64,000 nt of DNA from an uncultured virus (IMG/VR IMGVR_UViG_3300031565_013700) (taxonomy: Duplodnaviria; Heunggongvirae; Uroviricota; Caudoviricetes). This document shows positions 28,286 through 36,549 of the stretch, one piece after another (the stretch's first letter is position 1; every line of letters starts with the position of its first letter). The notes under the pieces were generated by a model. That model was given only the letters and a program-made list of their open reading frames with translations, had not been told where the DNA came from and searched no databases. The translations under genes and the position numbers were made by a program. The stretch lies in IMG/VR virus record IMGVR_UViG_3300031565_013700; one strand, written 5' to 3'.

Positions 28286-28328
28286 GAGGCGTCAAAACCT
28301 CCCTCTGGCCCATAAAATTGAACAGAGG
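28286..28328 (+). promoter_or_regulatory. two-hairpin leader element (before PCNA)
   Basis: GAGG-CGTCAAAA-CCTC CCTCTG-15nt-CAGAGG. Confidence 0.75.
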
Positions 28329-28336
28329 AAAGAAAA

Positions 28337-29107
28337 ATGGAAATAAAACTAGGACAGAACTACTCTGTGTTCAAGGACTGGATTAGCTTCTTGAAAATAG
28401 CCGGCGAGGAACATACTCTCGAGGCTAATGAGGAAACGATAAGGGTCCGGACCATGGATCCCAGTCATGTCCTCATGGTTGATACCACCGTTCAGAAGGC
28501 ATTATTCGAGGAGTACGACCTCGGAGGTGTGCCTGAAAAGAAGGTGACTATCAACGTCACTGAGCTATCCAAAGTCTTTGACAGAATCGGGAGCGGGAAA
28601 GACGAAAGGGTGAAATTGACCTATTCTGATGAGAAGGCCAAGTTCATCGTCAACAACACCAAAGCAGGCTACCGCAGAAACTTCGAGCTACCGGTAATAG
28701 ACACCGTGGATTCCGAGGTCCCAGAGCCCAAGATCCTCTTCAAGAGCAAGACGAGGATGATCATCAAGGCTGTGGAGACCGCCATCAAGGATGCCCTATT
28801 GGTCGGTGACCACGTGATACTCAGCCTCGATGCAAAACAGGCGACAATCAGAGGCGAAGGCGACATGGGTTCATCGCTCAGTGAATGGGAGAAAGACAGC
28901 GATGACATGCTCAGCCTCGAATCGACGGAAGACAGCAAAGCGACATACACACTCAGCCTGATCGTAGACACTGTCGGCGCCATGAAGGCCCTTGCCGATG
29001 TCATGATGATCGAACTCAGCACGGACATGCCTCTCAGAGCAGAGGCTGAGTGCACAAACCAGAACGTCAAGGCAATCGTCTACGTGGCTCCCTGCATCGG
29101 TGTCTAA
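28337..29107 (+). CDS. pcn: PCNA sliding clamp
   Basis: MDPSHV, 256 aa, archaeal PCNA pattern to YVAP. Confidence 0.92.
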   Translation: MEIKLGQNYSVFKDWISFLKIAGEEHTLEANEETIRVRTMDPSHVLMVDTTVQKALFEEYDLGGVPEKKVTINVTELSKVFDRIGSGKDERVKLTYSDEKAKFIVNNTKAGYRRNFELPVIDTVDSEVPEPKILFKSKTRMIIKAVETAIKDALLVGDHVILSLDAKQATIRGEGDMGSSLSEWEKDSDDMLSLESTEDSKATYTLSLIVDTVGAMKALADVMMIELSTDMPLRAEAECTNQNVKAIVYVAPCIGV

Positions 29108-29508
29108 AATGGATAAGGCCGAGAAGCAGGACCTCATATCCCGCATCCAGTCAAGTATCGAGAGCCTCAACAAGGTGATCGAATCAGCCACCGCCGCGAA
29201 AGTGGCCCTAGGGAATGAGATACGGAGGTTCACAGGGCAGAAGAAGATAGATGAAATAGTAGATAAATGAAATAGTGAAACAGCTTGAATACTCCTTTCA
29301 CATTCGAACCGGTAGACGAAAAACCGGAAAAAAAGAAGAGGAAAGCCACTCACAATCTAGGGAGCCTGCCTCGAAATTCGATGGTCCTGTGGTTGGAAGA
29401 AGATGGCAATAGAATACCTCTGCGATTATACATCAAGAATGGGAAGGGATTAGATTACCTGGAGTTCCAAATGATCACAAAGATCAGAAACAAGAGAGTA
29501 GAAAAAAG

Positions 29509-30000
29509 ATGGGTGTTAAAGAAAGCTATGGAGCGATAGGTTTCACAGGAACAACTAAGGCTGGGCGCTTCGATGGCCAGATCCGAGAAGGCCGCAAGAC
29601 TCAGACTATTCGGGAGCCCCGGAAAGATGGGCGCCCTCATGTCAAAGTAGGGCATCTGACTAAACTCTATTGGAAGATGAGGGCAAAGGAATGCTTCCTG
29701 ATTGCCACCGTCGAAGTTACGGCCTACGAAAAATTGGATCTGCTCGATGTCTGGTGGGACGAGGAAAATGCCAAAGCCGATGGCTTCAAGGACCTCGAAG
29801 AATTTCGTGATTGGTTCTGCCCCAATTGGTTCAAGCTTCAATCAGTAAGCAAAGAAGCGATTGAAATCGCGGCCACTCTCGATAGGGACATAACTTCAGG
29901 CATCATTGAACTCGGGAAACTTGGTAAAAGCACCACGGCTCAAGTTTTTGAGAAACTGATCCAGCCGTATTATAGAATCAAGTGGAAGCTAAGTGATTAG
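29509..30000 (+). CDS. ASCH-domain protein
   Basis: IREGRKTQTIR, AKADGF. Confidence 0.75.
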   Translation: MGVKESYGAIGFTGTTKAGRFDGQIREGRKTQTIREPRKDGRPHVKVGHLTKLYWKMRAKECFLIATVEVTAYEKLDLLDVWWDEENAKADGFKDLEEFRDWFCPNWFKLQSVSKEAIEIAATLDRDITSGIIELGKLGKSTTAQVFEKLIQPYYRIKWKLSD

Positions 30001-30355
30001 ATTGCTCAAATTTTATGTGAAAGAATCCCTGATATATCGTGATTATCGTACCTGGCCTTATGATATAACTAGAGAACAGACGGTGAAAGCAGTTCAAGTC
30101 GTCTGTCAGAGATATGGCTTGAAAATACCCGAGGTAAAATTTACAGGAAGAACACGACATTTCTGTTTATGGGCTGAAGATGTTCTCAGATTTGTTCCAG
30201 GATGCATCACGGTGGAAGATGTGGCGCACGAGCTGGCTCACTATATCCGTTCGAGAGTCTATGGTTGTCATAGACATTTCGAGCCTCTGATGGATCTGAT
30301 AGGCGAATTGATCCCTATTGTGCTTGAAGCAGTTGGCAAGAAACCGCTTTCATAA
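29993..30355 (+). CDS. HExxH metallopeptidase-like protein
   Basis: VAHELAHY...H...F. Confidence 0.55.
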   Translation: MIRLLKFYVKESLIYRDYRTWPYDITREQTVKAVQVVCQRYGLKIPEVKFTGRTRHFCLWAEDVLRFVPGCITVEDVAHELAHYIRSRVYGCHRHFEPLMDLIGELIPIVLEAVGKKPLS

Positions 30356-30382
30356 GCGGCACCTGAAGTATGCGAGCAGGTG
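30344..30382 (+). promoter_or_regulatory. two-hairpin leader element
   Basis: CCGCT-TTCATA-AGCGG CACCTG-AAGTATGCGAG-CAGGTG. Confidence 0.8.
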
Positions 30383-30539
30383 AAAACATGCCAGAATTGA
30401 AAGAAGAGCTGAAGACTGCCCTAAATATCCTAGTGGATGGTATGTACCAAAGACACAGCATACAATACTATGAAATAATCCATGAAATCAAAGACGTGCT
30501 AAACGAAATGAACCGGGAAAGAGCTCAGGAACACGCTGT

Positions 30540-31175
30540 TTGGGAAATAGTTTATCCGGAAGGATAGGACTGAAAGTGGGAACCTCCGATCAAATCATTC
30601 TAGAGTTACGGAAATACTACACCGAAAATCCACCGGATAGCATTGAAGACGAAAAGCTGAGATTGGAAACATTCGCTCTGGACTATCTATTGAAGAAAAT
30701 AGGTCCGTTGTTTCCAACCATTAAACGCAGAGAAGTTCTGAATACGCTTGAAGGGCCGAGAGAAGTAGGGAAACCGTGGTTCACAAAAGGCGGAATAATA
30801 GCAGTCTTCGAGAAGGCGGTGGTCTATGATGCTCCCCGGGATGCGATAAGCTATTGGCTCAATAAGAGAGGGCGCAAGAAGGCCTTTGGAGAATTCAAGG
30901 GATGGATGTTTGGAGAGATCCCCCTCATGGAATCCGGGGGCAGGCTGATCTTCGAATACACAATGGATGAGGTCCCCATAGAAGCTAGAAAACAATTAAG
31001 AAGGACGCTCCGCGAACACAGGATTCCTCGATGGGCTTACAACAAATACCACGCCAGGAACACTCTGAACCACTATGCTAGCCCCGGCTTCAAGCCTAAA
31101 ACGCCAAGGGAACGGGACCAGGAGATTCAAGCCAGACTTGAACGCCGGAAGCAGAGAGACTTGAAGAAGAAGTAA
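30540..31175 (+). CDS. hypothetical protein
   Basis: 211 aa ORF; start uncertain. Confidence 0.6.
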   Translation: MGNSLSGRIGLKVGTSDQIILELRKYYTENPPDSIEDEKLRLETFALDYLLKKIGPLFPTIKRREVLNTLEGPREVGKPWFTKGGIIAVFEKAVVYDAPRDAISYWLNKRGRKKAFGEFKGWMFGEIPLMESGGRLIFEYTMDEVPIEARKQLRRTLREHRIPRWAYNKYHARNTLNHYASPGFKPKTPRERDQEIQARLERRKQRDLKKK

Positions 31176-31204
31176 TTAATGTTATTACATACCATAGTCT
31201 ATAC
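31173..31204 (+). promoter_or_regulatory. AT-rich box plus operator-like dyad
   Basis: TAATTAAT then TTACATAC-CATA-GTCTATAC. Confidence 0.5.
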
Positions 31205-31573
31205 CAAAGTGATTGAAATGGAAAAGGAATTCCAATTCCTAGAGATAGACCAGATAGCCGTCCTCGAGGAGGAGTTCGAGAAGGGAGGGCGACCCTTCCC
31301 AGCCTACCTGATGAGGAAGGTCTTGGACCACATAGACCCAGAGTGGAGAAAGACGCACCCACAGTACAAGAAGATAGAGGGGTTTTAGATGATGGCGCAC
31401 TCTATCAAGAACCCAGAAAAGATACACCTGGTTGAGGAGGATGGGCGCTATCTCTGCATCAAAGCATGCAGCACCACCCCCTCAAAGTCTACAACCGATC
31501 CCCTGAAGATAACATGCAAGAGATGCCTCAGCCTCATAGAGAAGAAATAGGTGTAACAAGACGGCTCACCAAG

Positions 31574-31612
31574 CCGGAGTCACAGCCGGTCCGTGATAAA
31601 AGCGTGCACGGA
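31574..31612 (+). promoter_or_regulatory. two-hairpin leader element variant
   Basis: CCGG-AGTCACAG-CCGG TCCGTG-ATAAAAGCGTG-CACGGA. Confidence 0.65.
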
Positions 31613-31625
31613 AACAGGTGAGAAG

Positions 31626-32273
31626 ATGCCAGCACTAGCTAAGAGAGTCGTGCTTGAATGGTATCCTGAGGGCACGATGGATCGGAAAATGCCCAAGAGC
31701 TACAAATGGGGCTGCCCGGTCTGCAAAAATGTCTATGAGATGCAGACCCATGCCCAGGCCTGCTGCAAAGAAAAGAAGGAAAATCCTCCAGACTGGTTGA
31801 ACAACATCGAGATAGCCCTGCCAGTCGGGACCTACGATGAGGATGGTTACCATCCTCTCGACTTCACCAGAACTGGGTTACAGCACATGGCCAAGAAAAT
31901 CCTGGCCGGAGAAGTCAGTGATGAAACTTTCCAAATCATGGCAGCCAACACAGAGAAAATCGTAGGTATGCCCGTCAAATATATGGGTGCCCCACCAGGA
32001 CAGGAATTCGCCGACACCCTCAACAAGAGGATCCGCCAAGAAATGGTCATCCGCCTCGGGGAGGACCTCACTAATCTCGTCGACGAGATCATAGACAAGT
32101 GTAATAAACTCGAGACAGAAGGCACCGACCCCGATAAATGGGAAGGTTGGGGGCCGTGGAAGGAGAAGCTCAAACAGTTAAACGAGGATTCCGATGTACG
32201 GCTCGTAGGCATATTGAAGTCCCGGAAGTTCACACAGAGCCCTGAGCAGAAGACCCTAGACGTGTATTGCTAA
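31626..32273 (+). CDS. hypothetical protein with zinc finger
   Basis: CPVC...ACC; ATG after variant element. Confidence 0.7.
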   Translation: MPALAKRVVLEWYPEGTMDRKMPKSYKWGCPVCKNVYEMQTHAQACCKEKKENPPDWLNNIEIALPVGTYDEDGYHPLDFTRTGLQHMAKKILAGEVSDETFQIMAANTEKIVGMPVKYMGAPPGQEFADTLNKRIRQEMVIRLGEDLTNLVDEIIDKCNKLETEGTDPDKWEGWGPWKEKLKQLNEDSDVRLVGILKSRKFTQSPEQKTLDVYC

Positions 32274-32350
32274 ATGATTTGCGGCATACTGACTTTATCG
32301 CAAAAATATGAGTTTGTTTTATATTCTAGTAATCGGTAGTTTGTTTAGAG

Positions 32351-32905
32351 ATGACTACCGAAAGAGAGTTACCGAGGAAAGTGCTCACCGACCATGGCGA
32401 AACTGATGGGTTCCGTTTCGCCTCAGAACTACCTCGAACTCAAAATAAGTGGGAGCCTCAGCCAGAGGACTCTCATAAACAAAAGAAAAGGGAACCCGCC
32501 CCTAGGGTAGAGTCTCTACGTGAAGCCATAGAATTGTTCAGATACGAGGCAGATGCAACCAAACTCGACGACATTGCCCTCGAAGGGTCCAGGGTGGCCG
32601 CGCTCTTCAGACGCGACACGGACAACAAGATCTTCGTGGTGATGTTTAAGCGAGAATTCTACAAGCATTTCAGTCGCCACTTTATGCATGTTCCAGATCA
32701 GGGTTACGGTGTGCTGGCCAATCACAAGCTAGTCCATTGGGCTGCTCTGCAGGGATACGCAATAGCCGCTGTTTTCCCTGATAGCCGGGCCTATTGGATT
32801 GACGCGCTCGCCTTCATCAGATATTTTGAAGAATACGAGACTGAATGCCCGACTCTGCCAGGCGAAATAGCTACGCCCCTCGCAAAGTGGATAAGGTTAT
32901 TCTAA
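32351..32905 (+). CDS. hypothetical protein
   Basis: Preceded by TTTATA box (~32317). Confidence 0.7.
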   Translation: MTTERELPRKVLTDHGETDGFRFASELPRTQNKWEPQPEDSHKQKKREPAPRVESLREAIELFRYEADATKLDDIALEGSRVAALFRRDTDNKIFVVMFKREFYKHFSRHFMHVPDQGYGVLANHKLVHWAALQGYAIAAVFPDSRAYWIDALAFIRYFEEYETECPTLPGEIATPLAKWIRLF

Positions 32906-33092
32906 ACATCTTAAGTTTTACCGAATCAGATGTGAGAAAGGAGAATGAGAGTCAGATGCTACGAATACGATACGTGCCTTTTCGCGGGTGATCTGTGCCT
33001 CAATTGCACCGGCAATCAGCTCAATGAGAACCCGGGTGCAGTGGATTTATATGAGAGAAAAACATCTGAAATTATTTCCACCCAGAAAAGAT

Positions 33093-33680
33093 TTAAGAAG
33101 TCTGCTTCAAGGTGTCTTTAACGGACATCTTAGCCCGCCACCAGTTCTGGAAGTCCTTCAGGATCTCGGGTCCAAATTTCTCACTCATGTAGTCTATCAT
33201 GGCCATAGTCTGTTCATCTGCTTTTATCTGGGCTTCAGGCGCAGTCGGAGATTGTGTATAGCGCTCTAGGATTGTCTGATTTATTTCCCGGATCTCTCCC
33301 AGGAGTCGTTGGACGTGGTCATATCTCACAGGCTTAACTGCCTTGGCTTCGGCAATCGTGGTTTTGATATCCTGCTCCAACAGTTTCAAACTCAGCAGAG
33401 CTTCCTGCCTGATCTGCTCCATGCTGCGCGGGTGAAGCTCCAGCTCTCCTCGAATGTAGTTGAGATCTTCCCAAATGGTTGTTCGTTCCCAGCCAGTGAG
33501 TTCTTCTATTTCCCTTAGTTTATATCCTCTGAGCCAGTAGAAATAGTGAAGTTCTCTCCTAGCCTCGATTTTCATGTCTAGGTTTTTTGCATATCGAGGT
33601 TGCGGCGCCATAACTTCCCTGTCGCTAGGTTCTTCTGCTTTGATAACCATCTGTAATGAATTAAGTTTCTGGCAATTCAA
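33093..33680 (-). CDS. HTH protein, possibly terminase small subunit-like
   Basis: GYKLREIEELTGWERTTIWEDL followed by helical region. Confidence 0.55.
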   Translation of the reverse strand: MNCQKLNSLQMVIKAEEPSDREVMAPQPRYAKNLDMKIEARRELHYFYWLRGYKLREIEELTGWERTTIWEDLNYIRGELELHPRSMEQIRQEALLSLKLLEQDIKTTIAEAKAVKPVRYDHVQRLLGEIREINQTILERYTQSPTAPEAQIKADEQTMAMIDYMSEKFGPEILKDFQNWWRAKMSVKDTLKQTS

Positions 33681-33692
33681 AAGTCTTCACCC

Positions 33693-33728
33693 GAAAACGT
33701 CTTAAAAAGTATAGACCGTAGTGTATAC
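33693..33728 (+). promoter_or_regulatory. BRE/TATA box plus operator-like dyad at AbrB-like gene
   Basis: GAAAACGTCTTAAAAA then GTATAGAC-CGTA-GTGTATAC, 1 nt before ATG. Confidence 0.65.
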
Positions 33729-33729
33729 T

Positions 33730-34008
33730 ATGAGCGCGAAAGAACCGAGAAAGATAACGAGTAACAAGTTTGTCGTCACTCTGCCTAAGGATTGGAGGGA
33801 TAGCCTAGGGCTTACGCCTCAGGACGAACTGATACCCCATTACCAGGATGGTAGTCCGCTGATCCTCACGCCTAGCAAAATGAAGCTCGACCCACTGGAG
33901 TCTCAGCTGATAACTCTTTTAGTAAGCTACCGTAGCGTCAAAGAGGCGAGGGATGTGGCCGATACTCTCCAGAGAATAATCGACGTCATCAGGGAAGGGG
34001 CTCAATGA
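33730..34008 (+). CDS. AbrB/MazE-like regulator
   Basis: RKIT...FVVTLPKDWRDSLGL...LILTP. Confidence 0.8.
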   Translation: MSAKEPRKITSNKFVVTLPKDWRDSLGLTPQDELIPHYQDGSPLILTPSKMKLDPLESQLITLLVSYRSVKEARDVADTLQRIIDVIREGAQ

Positions 34009-34262
34009 GTATAATCTACATCGGAAAAAAGCCGGTCATGAACTACGTCGTGGCCTGCATGACTTCTCTCAACCAGGACCAGCATGCGATCCTCAAAGCC
34101 AGAGGTCAAACCATATCAAGGCTGGTCGACGCCGTCGAGGTCTTGCGAAACCAGTTCAGGAAAGACGTCGAAATCACCGGTATAGAGATCGGTACCGAAG
34201 TACTGGACACTGAAGAGGGCCCTCGCAGAGTCAGTACTATGGAAATCACTCTTAGATCGTGA
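34005..34262 (+). CDS. albA: Alba nucleic-acid-binding protein
   Basis: IYIGKKPVMNYV, LKARG..ISR.VD..E, IEIGTE, VSTMEI. Confidence 0.92.
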   Translation: MSIIYIGKKPVMNYVVACMTSLNQDQHAILKARGQTISRLVDAVEVLRNQFRKDVEITGIEIGTEVLDTEEGPRRVSTMEITLRS

Positions 34263-34268
34263 CTTCTT

Positions 34269-34601
34269 TTGAGACACAGCTGGAAAAAGGATAATCCCAA
34301 GAAAGGGCTTTCAACCTGCGATAACTGTGGTCTCCAGGTCAAAAACTATAAGATCAAGAAAGGCAAACTTCCCCGCTGCGAAGCTATACTCCCCGTACTT
34401 GACAAACCTAAAGTTGACTGTGAAAGGCACGACATGGCAGCCATAGCCGGCGCCAGGCAGTGCTGGAACTGCGGGATCTTTTACAGCCCCGCTGAATTGG
34501 AGGCGGGTCGCATTAAACGAGAGAGACTCATGCGGATCCAGGCTGAAAAAGAGAGACAAGATTCAATTGCAGCTCAAAATCCACCCGTCATTAGTATATA
34601 A
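34269..34601 (+). CDS. zinc-binding hypothetical protein
   Basis: CDNCG, CWNCG. Confidence 0.55.
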   Translation: MRHSWKKDNPKKGLSTCDNCGLQVKNYKIKKGKLPRCEAILPVLDKPKVDCERHDMAAIAGARQCWNCGIFYSPAELEAGRIKRERLMRIQAEKERQDSIAAQNPPVISI

Positions 34602-34777
34602 AGAAACGCGTCAATAATCTCGTTTCTTTGAGATAAAGCTTCCAAAATATAGATTGTTTTTGCTAATTGAAAGTTTGGGCGAATGGTCTAGATTGCTTTA
34701 GCTCGGTTTTCAATGGTTAATTAGTATAACTGTCCCGTATTCTTAGACAGTTTGTTTATATATTTTAGCCAGTTTAA

Positions 34778-35044
34778 TTGTTAGTAATGGAAACCAGTGT
34801 AGATAATAGTCAGAATCCACCTCGAAGGCGGTCTGCACACGAAATAATTGACGCAATTTACGGTGCATTGCCAGTCCAGGACTTTGATCCGATCGCTCAC
34901 ATAGCTGAGAAAGCCGATTTAGATTGGAAAACTACTAAACGATACTTGGAATTGATTCTTCACATTCAACAGAAGCAAAAGGGAGACTGGCTCCTGGAGA
35001 TGGATGTCGGAGAGAATACGGCCTATGCCAGGAGGAAGAAGTAA
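34778..35044 (+). CDS. small winged-helix protein
   Basis: IAEKADLDWKTTKRYLELI. Confidence 0.7.
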   Translation: MLVMETSVDNSQNPPRRRSAHEIIDAIYGALPVQDFDPIAHIAEKADLDWKTTKRYLELILHIQQKQKGDWLLEMDVGENTAYARRKK

Positions 35045-35848
35045 TTGGCGCAAGTTAGACAGAAAAAAAACATCGAATGGAGCGAGGCCTCCATCAATGC
35101 CATCACCGGCTGCAATGGCCCGGGAGGGGTTCGGTGCTCCTTCTGTTATGCTCAGAGAATAGCCTGCAGGTTCAAAGGCGGCGTCCATGGTTATCCCCAG
35201 CCAGATCCTTTCGCCCCAGCATTCCACCCCAAGAGGATGGATCCGGTCCGGACGAGAAAGAAGCCAACTCTATACTTCTTTGGGTCCATGTGTGATTGGC
35301 TTGATGATGGTGTTAAGCCTGGTTGGAGGTTCTACTGCTTAAGTGCCATGGCCGAAAACGACCGACATATTTTCATTACTCTGACGAAGCAGTACAAAAA
35401 TCTCTGGAAAATTGCATATGATTCGCCCTGGAAAATTGCAGGTTCGCCCTCAGGCATGATTCCTTGGAATGTCTGGGTCGGTATCAGCATCTGTTATCGA
35501 AGCCAAGTCTGGGGCTTAAAGGAGCTGCGCAAGGTTGACGCCTCAGTCAAATTTGTCAGCTTCGAGCCATTGAAAGAGGACGTCAGCAACATCATTCAGC
35601 TCGAGGATGTGGACTGGATCATCATAGGGGCTCAATCAAAGCAGCCGAAAATAGACAATCTGCCCGCCGTCCCATATTTTAGACCAGAGAAGACATGGGT
35701 TCAGAGGCTCGTCGAAAAGGCGAGAGAGGCCGAGATACCGGTTTTCTTGAAGCCAAACTTAGGTGACTATGTTGCTGATGGCTGGTTCGACAAGAAGATC
35801 GAGGAAAGACCAGATCCCTATGAACATGCACCGGAGGTCCAGAAATGA
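35045..35848 (+). CDS. phage Gp37/Gp68-family (DUF5131) radical SAM-like protein
   Basis: IEWSEASINAITGC...CSFCYA, SMCD, LTK, NVWVG, FVSFEPL, DWIIIGAQS, PVFLK. Confidence 0.9.
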   Translation: MAQVRQKKNIEWSEASINAITGCNGPGGVRCSFCYAQRIACRFKGGVHGYPQPDPFAPAFHPKRMDPVRTRKKPTLYFFGSMCDWLDDGVKPGWRFYCLSAMAENDRHIFITLTKQYKNLWKIAYDSPWKIAGSPSGMIPWNVWVGISICYRSQVWGLKELRKVDASVKFVSFEPLKEDVSNIIQLEDVDWIIIGAQSKQPKIDNLPAVPYFRPEKTWVQRLVEKAREAEIPVFLKPNLGDYVADGWFDKKIEERPDPYEHAPEVQK

Positions 35849-36549
35849 ATCTGATCAGAATTACTTTCGATAAAAAGGACCCCTCAACATTAATCGTGGA
35901 ATACGGGGAATGGATTGCCAGGGAGATAAACCTCGAGGAGAAGGCCGAGATGGAGAAATTGAATACTGAGCTCATAGAATTCAGTGACTTCTCGACTGCC
36001 TCAGAATTAGCTGATGCTAAGAGGCAGGAACTCATGATCAAGAAAAAGCGGCTGGAGGAACTGGAGGAGAAAAGGGACGGTGTGCCCGAGCTCATTTGGA
36101 AACAGAGGGAGATCGACGGTCAAACGACGGTTCTACTGATATACCGAAGAGATCAGTTACCCATCTATGTCGAAGATCTTCCAGGAGAACTCATCGATAA
36201 ACTCCTCGACAGCCATATACACTTGAATATAACACAGGGATCGCCCATGGCGCCACAGCCACAAGTGCCGGCTCCTCCAATAGCAGATTCCAAATTAACT
36301 GAAGTACAGAGAGCTATAGACACAATTGACAAGAAAAGTAACGACGGTGCGCCCTGGCTTCAACTAGTGGAAATCTCCATGGAGAATCCGGCCCCGGGCC
36401 AGAAGACTCTCACTGGTACGGTTTACATTATGCCTGTGAAATTCTTAAAAGGCGATTGGGACCTCATCAATGTCAAGTTAAAAGAAGCATTCGGCGATAA
36501 ACTGAATTGGACTAGGGCTGGTAAACAAAGTTTCTGGAGTGTGACCTAA
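35845..36549 (+). CDS. hypothetical protein
   Basis: 234 aa packed ORF. Confidence 0.7.
   Translation: MNLIRITFDKKDPSTLIVEYGEWIAREINLEEKAEMEKLNTELIEFSDFSTASELADAKRQELMIKKKRLEELEEKRDGVPELIWKQREIDGQTTVLLIYRRDQLPIYVEDLPGELIDKLLDSHIHLNITQGSPMAPQPQVPAPPIADSKLTEVQRAIDTIDKKSNDGAPWLQLVEISMENPAPGQKTLTGTVYIMPVKFLKGDWDLINVKLKEAFGDKLNWTRAGKQSFWSVT

Noticed and set aside
1112..31612. Repeats as a CRISPR array
   Set aside because: Copies are separated by whole genes at irregular distances, vary in sequence while keeping structure, and no cas genes are present.
1112..31612. Repeats as integron attC sites
   Set aside because: No RYYYAAC/GTTRRRY box pair, two short hairpins rather than one long one, wobble pairs favour the top strand, and no IntI-like recombinase in the window.
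34600..34780. Replication origin in AT-rich gap
   Set aside because: No iterons or ORB-like repeats seen; a promoter (TTTATATA near 34754) explains it adequately.
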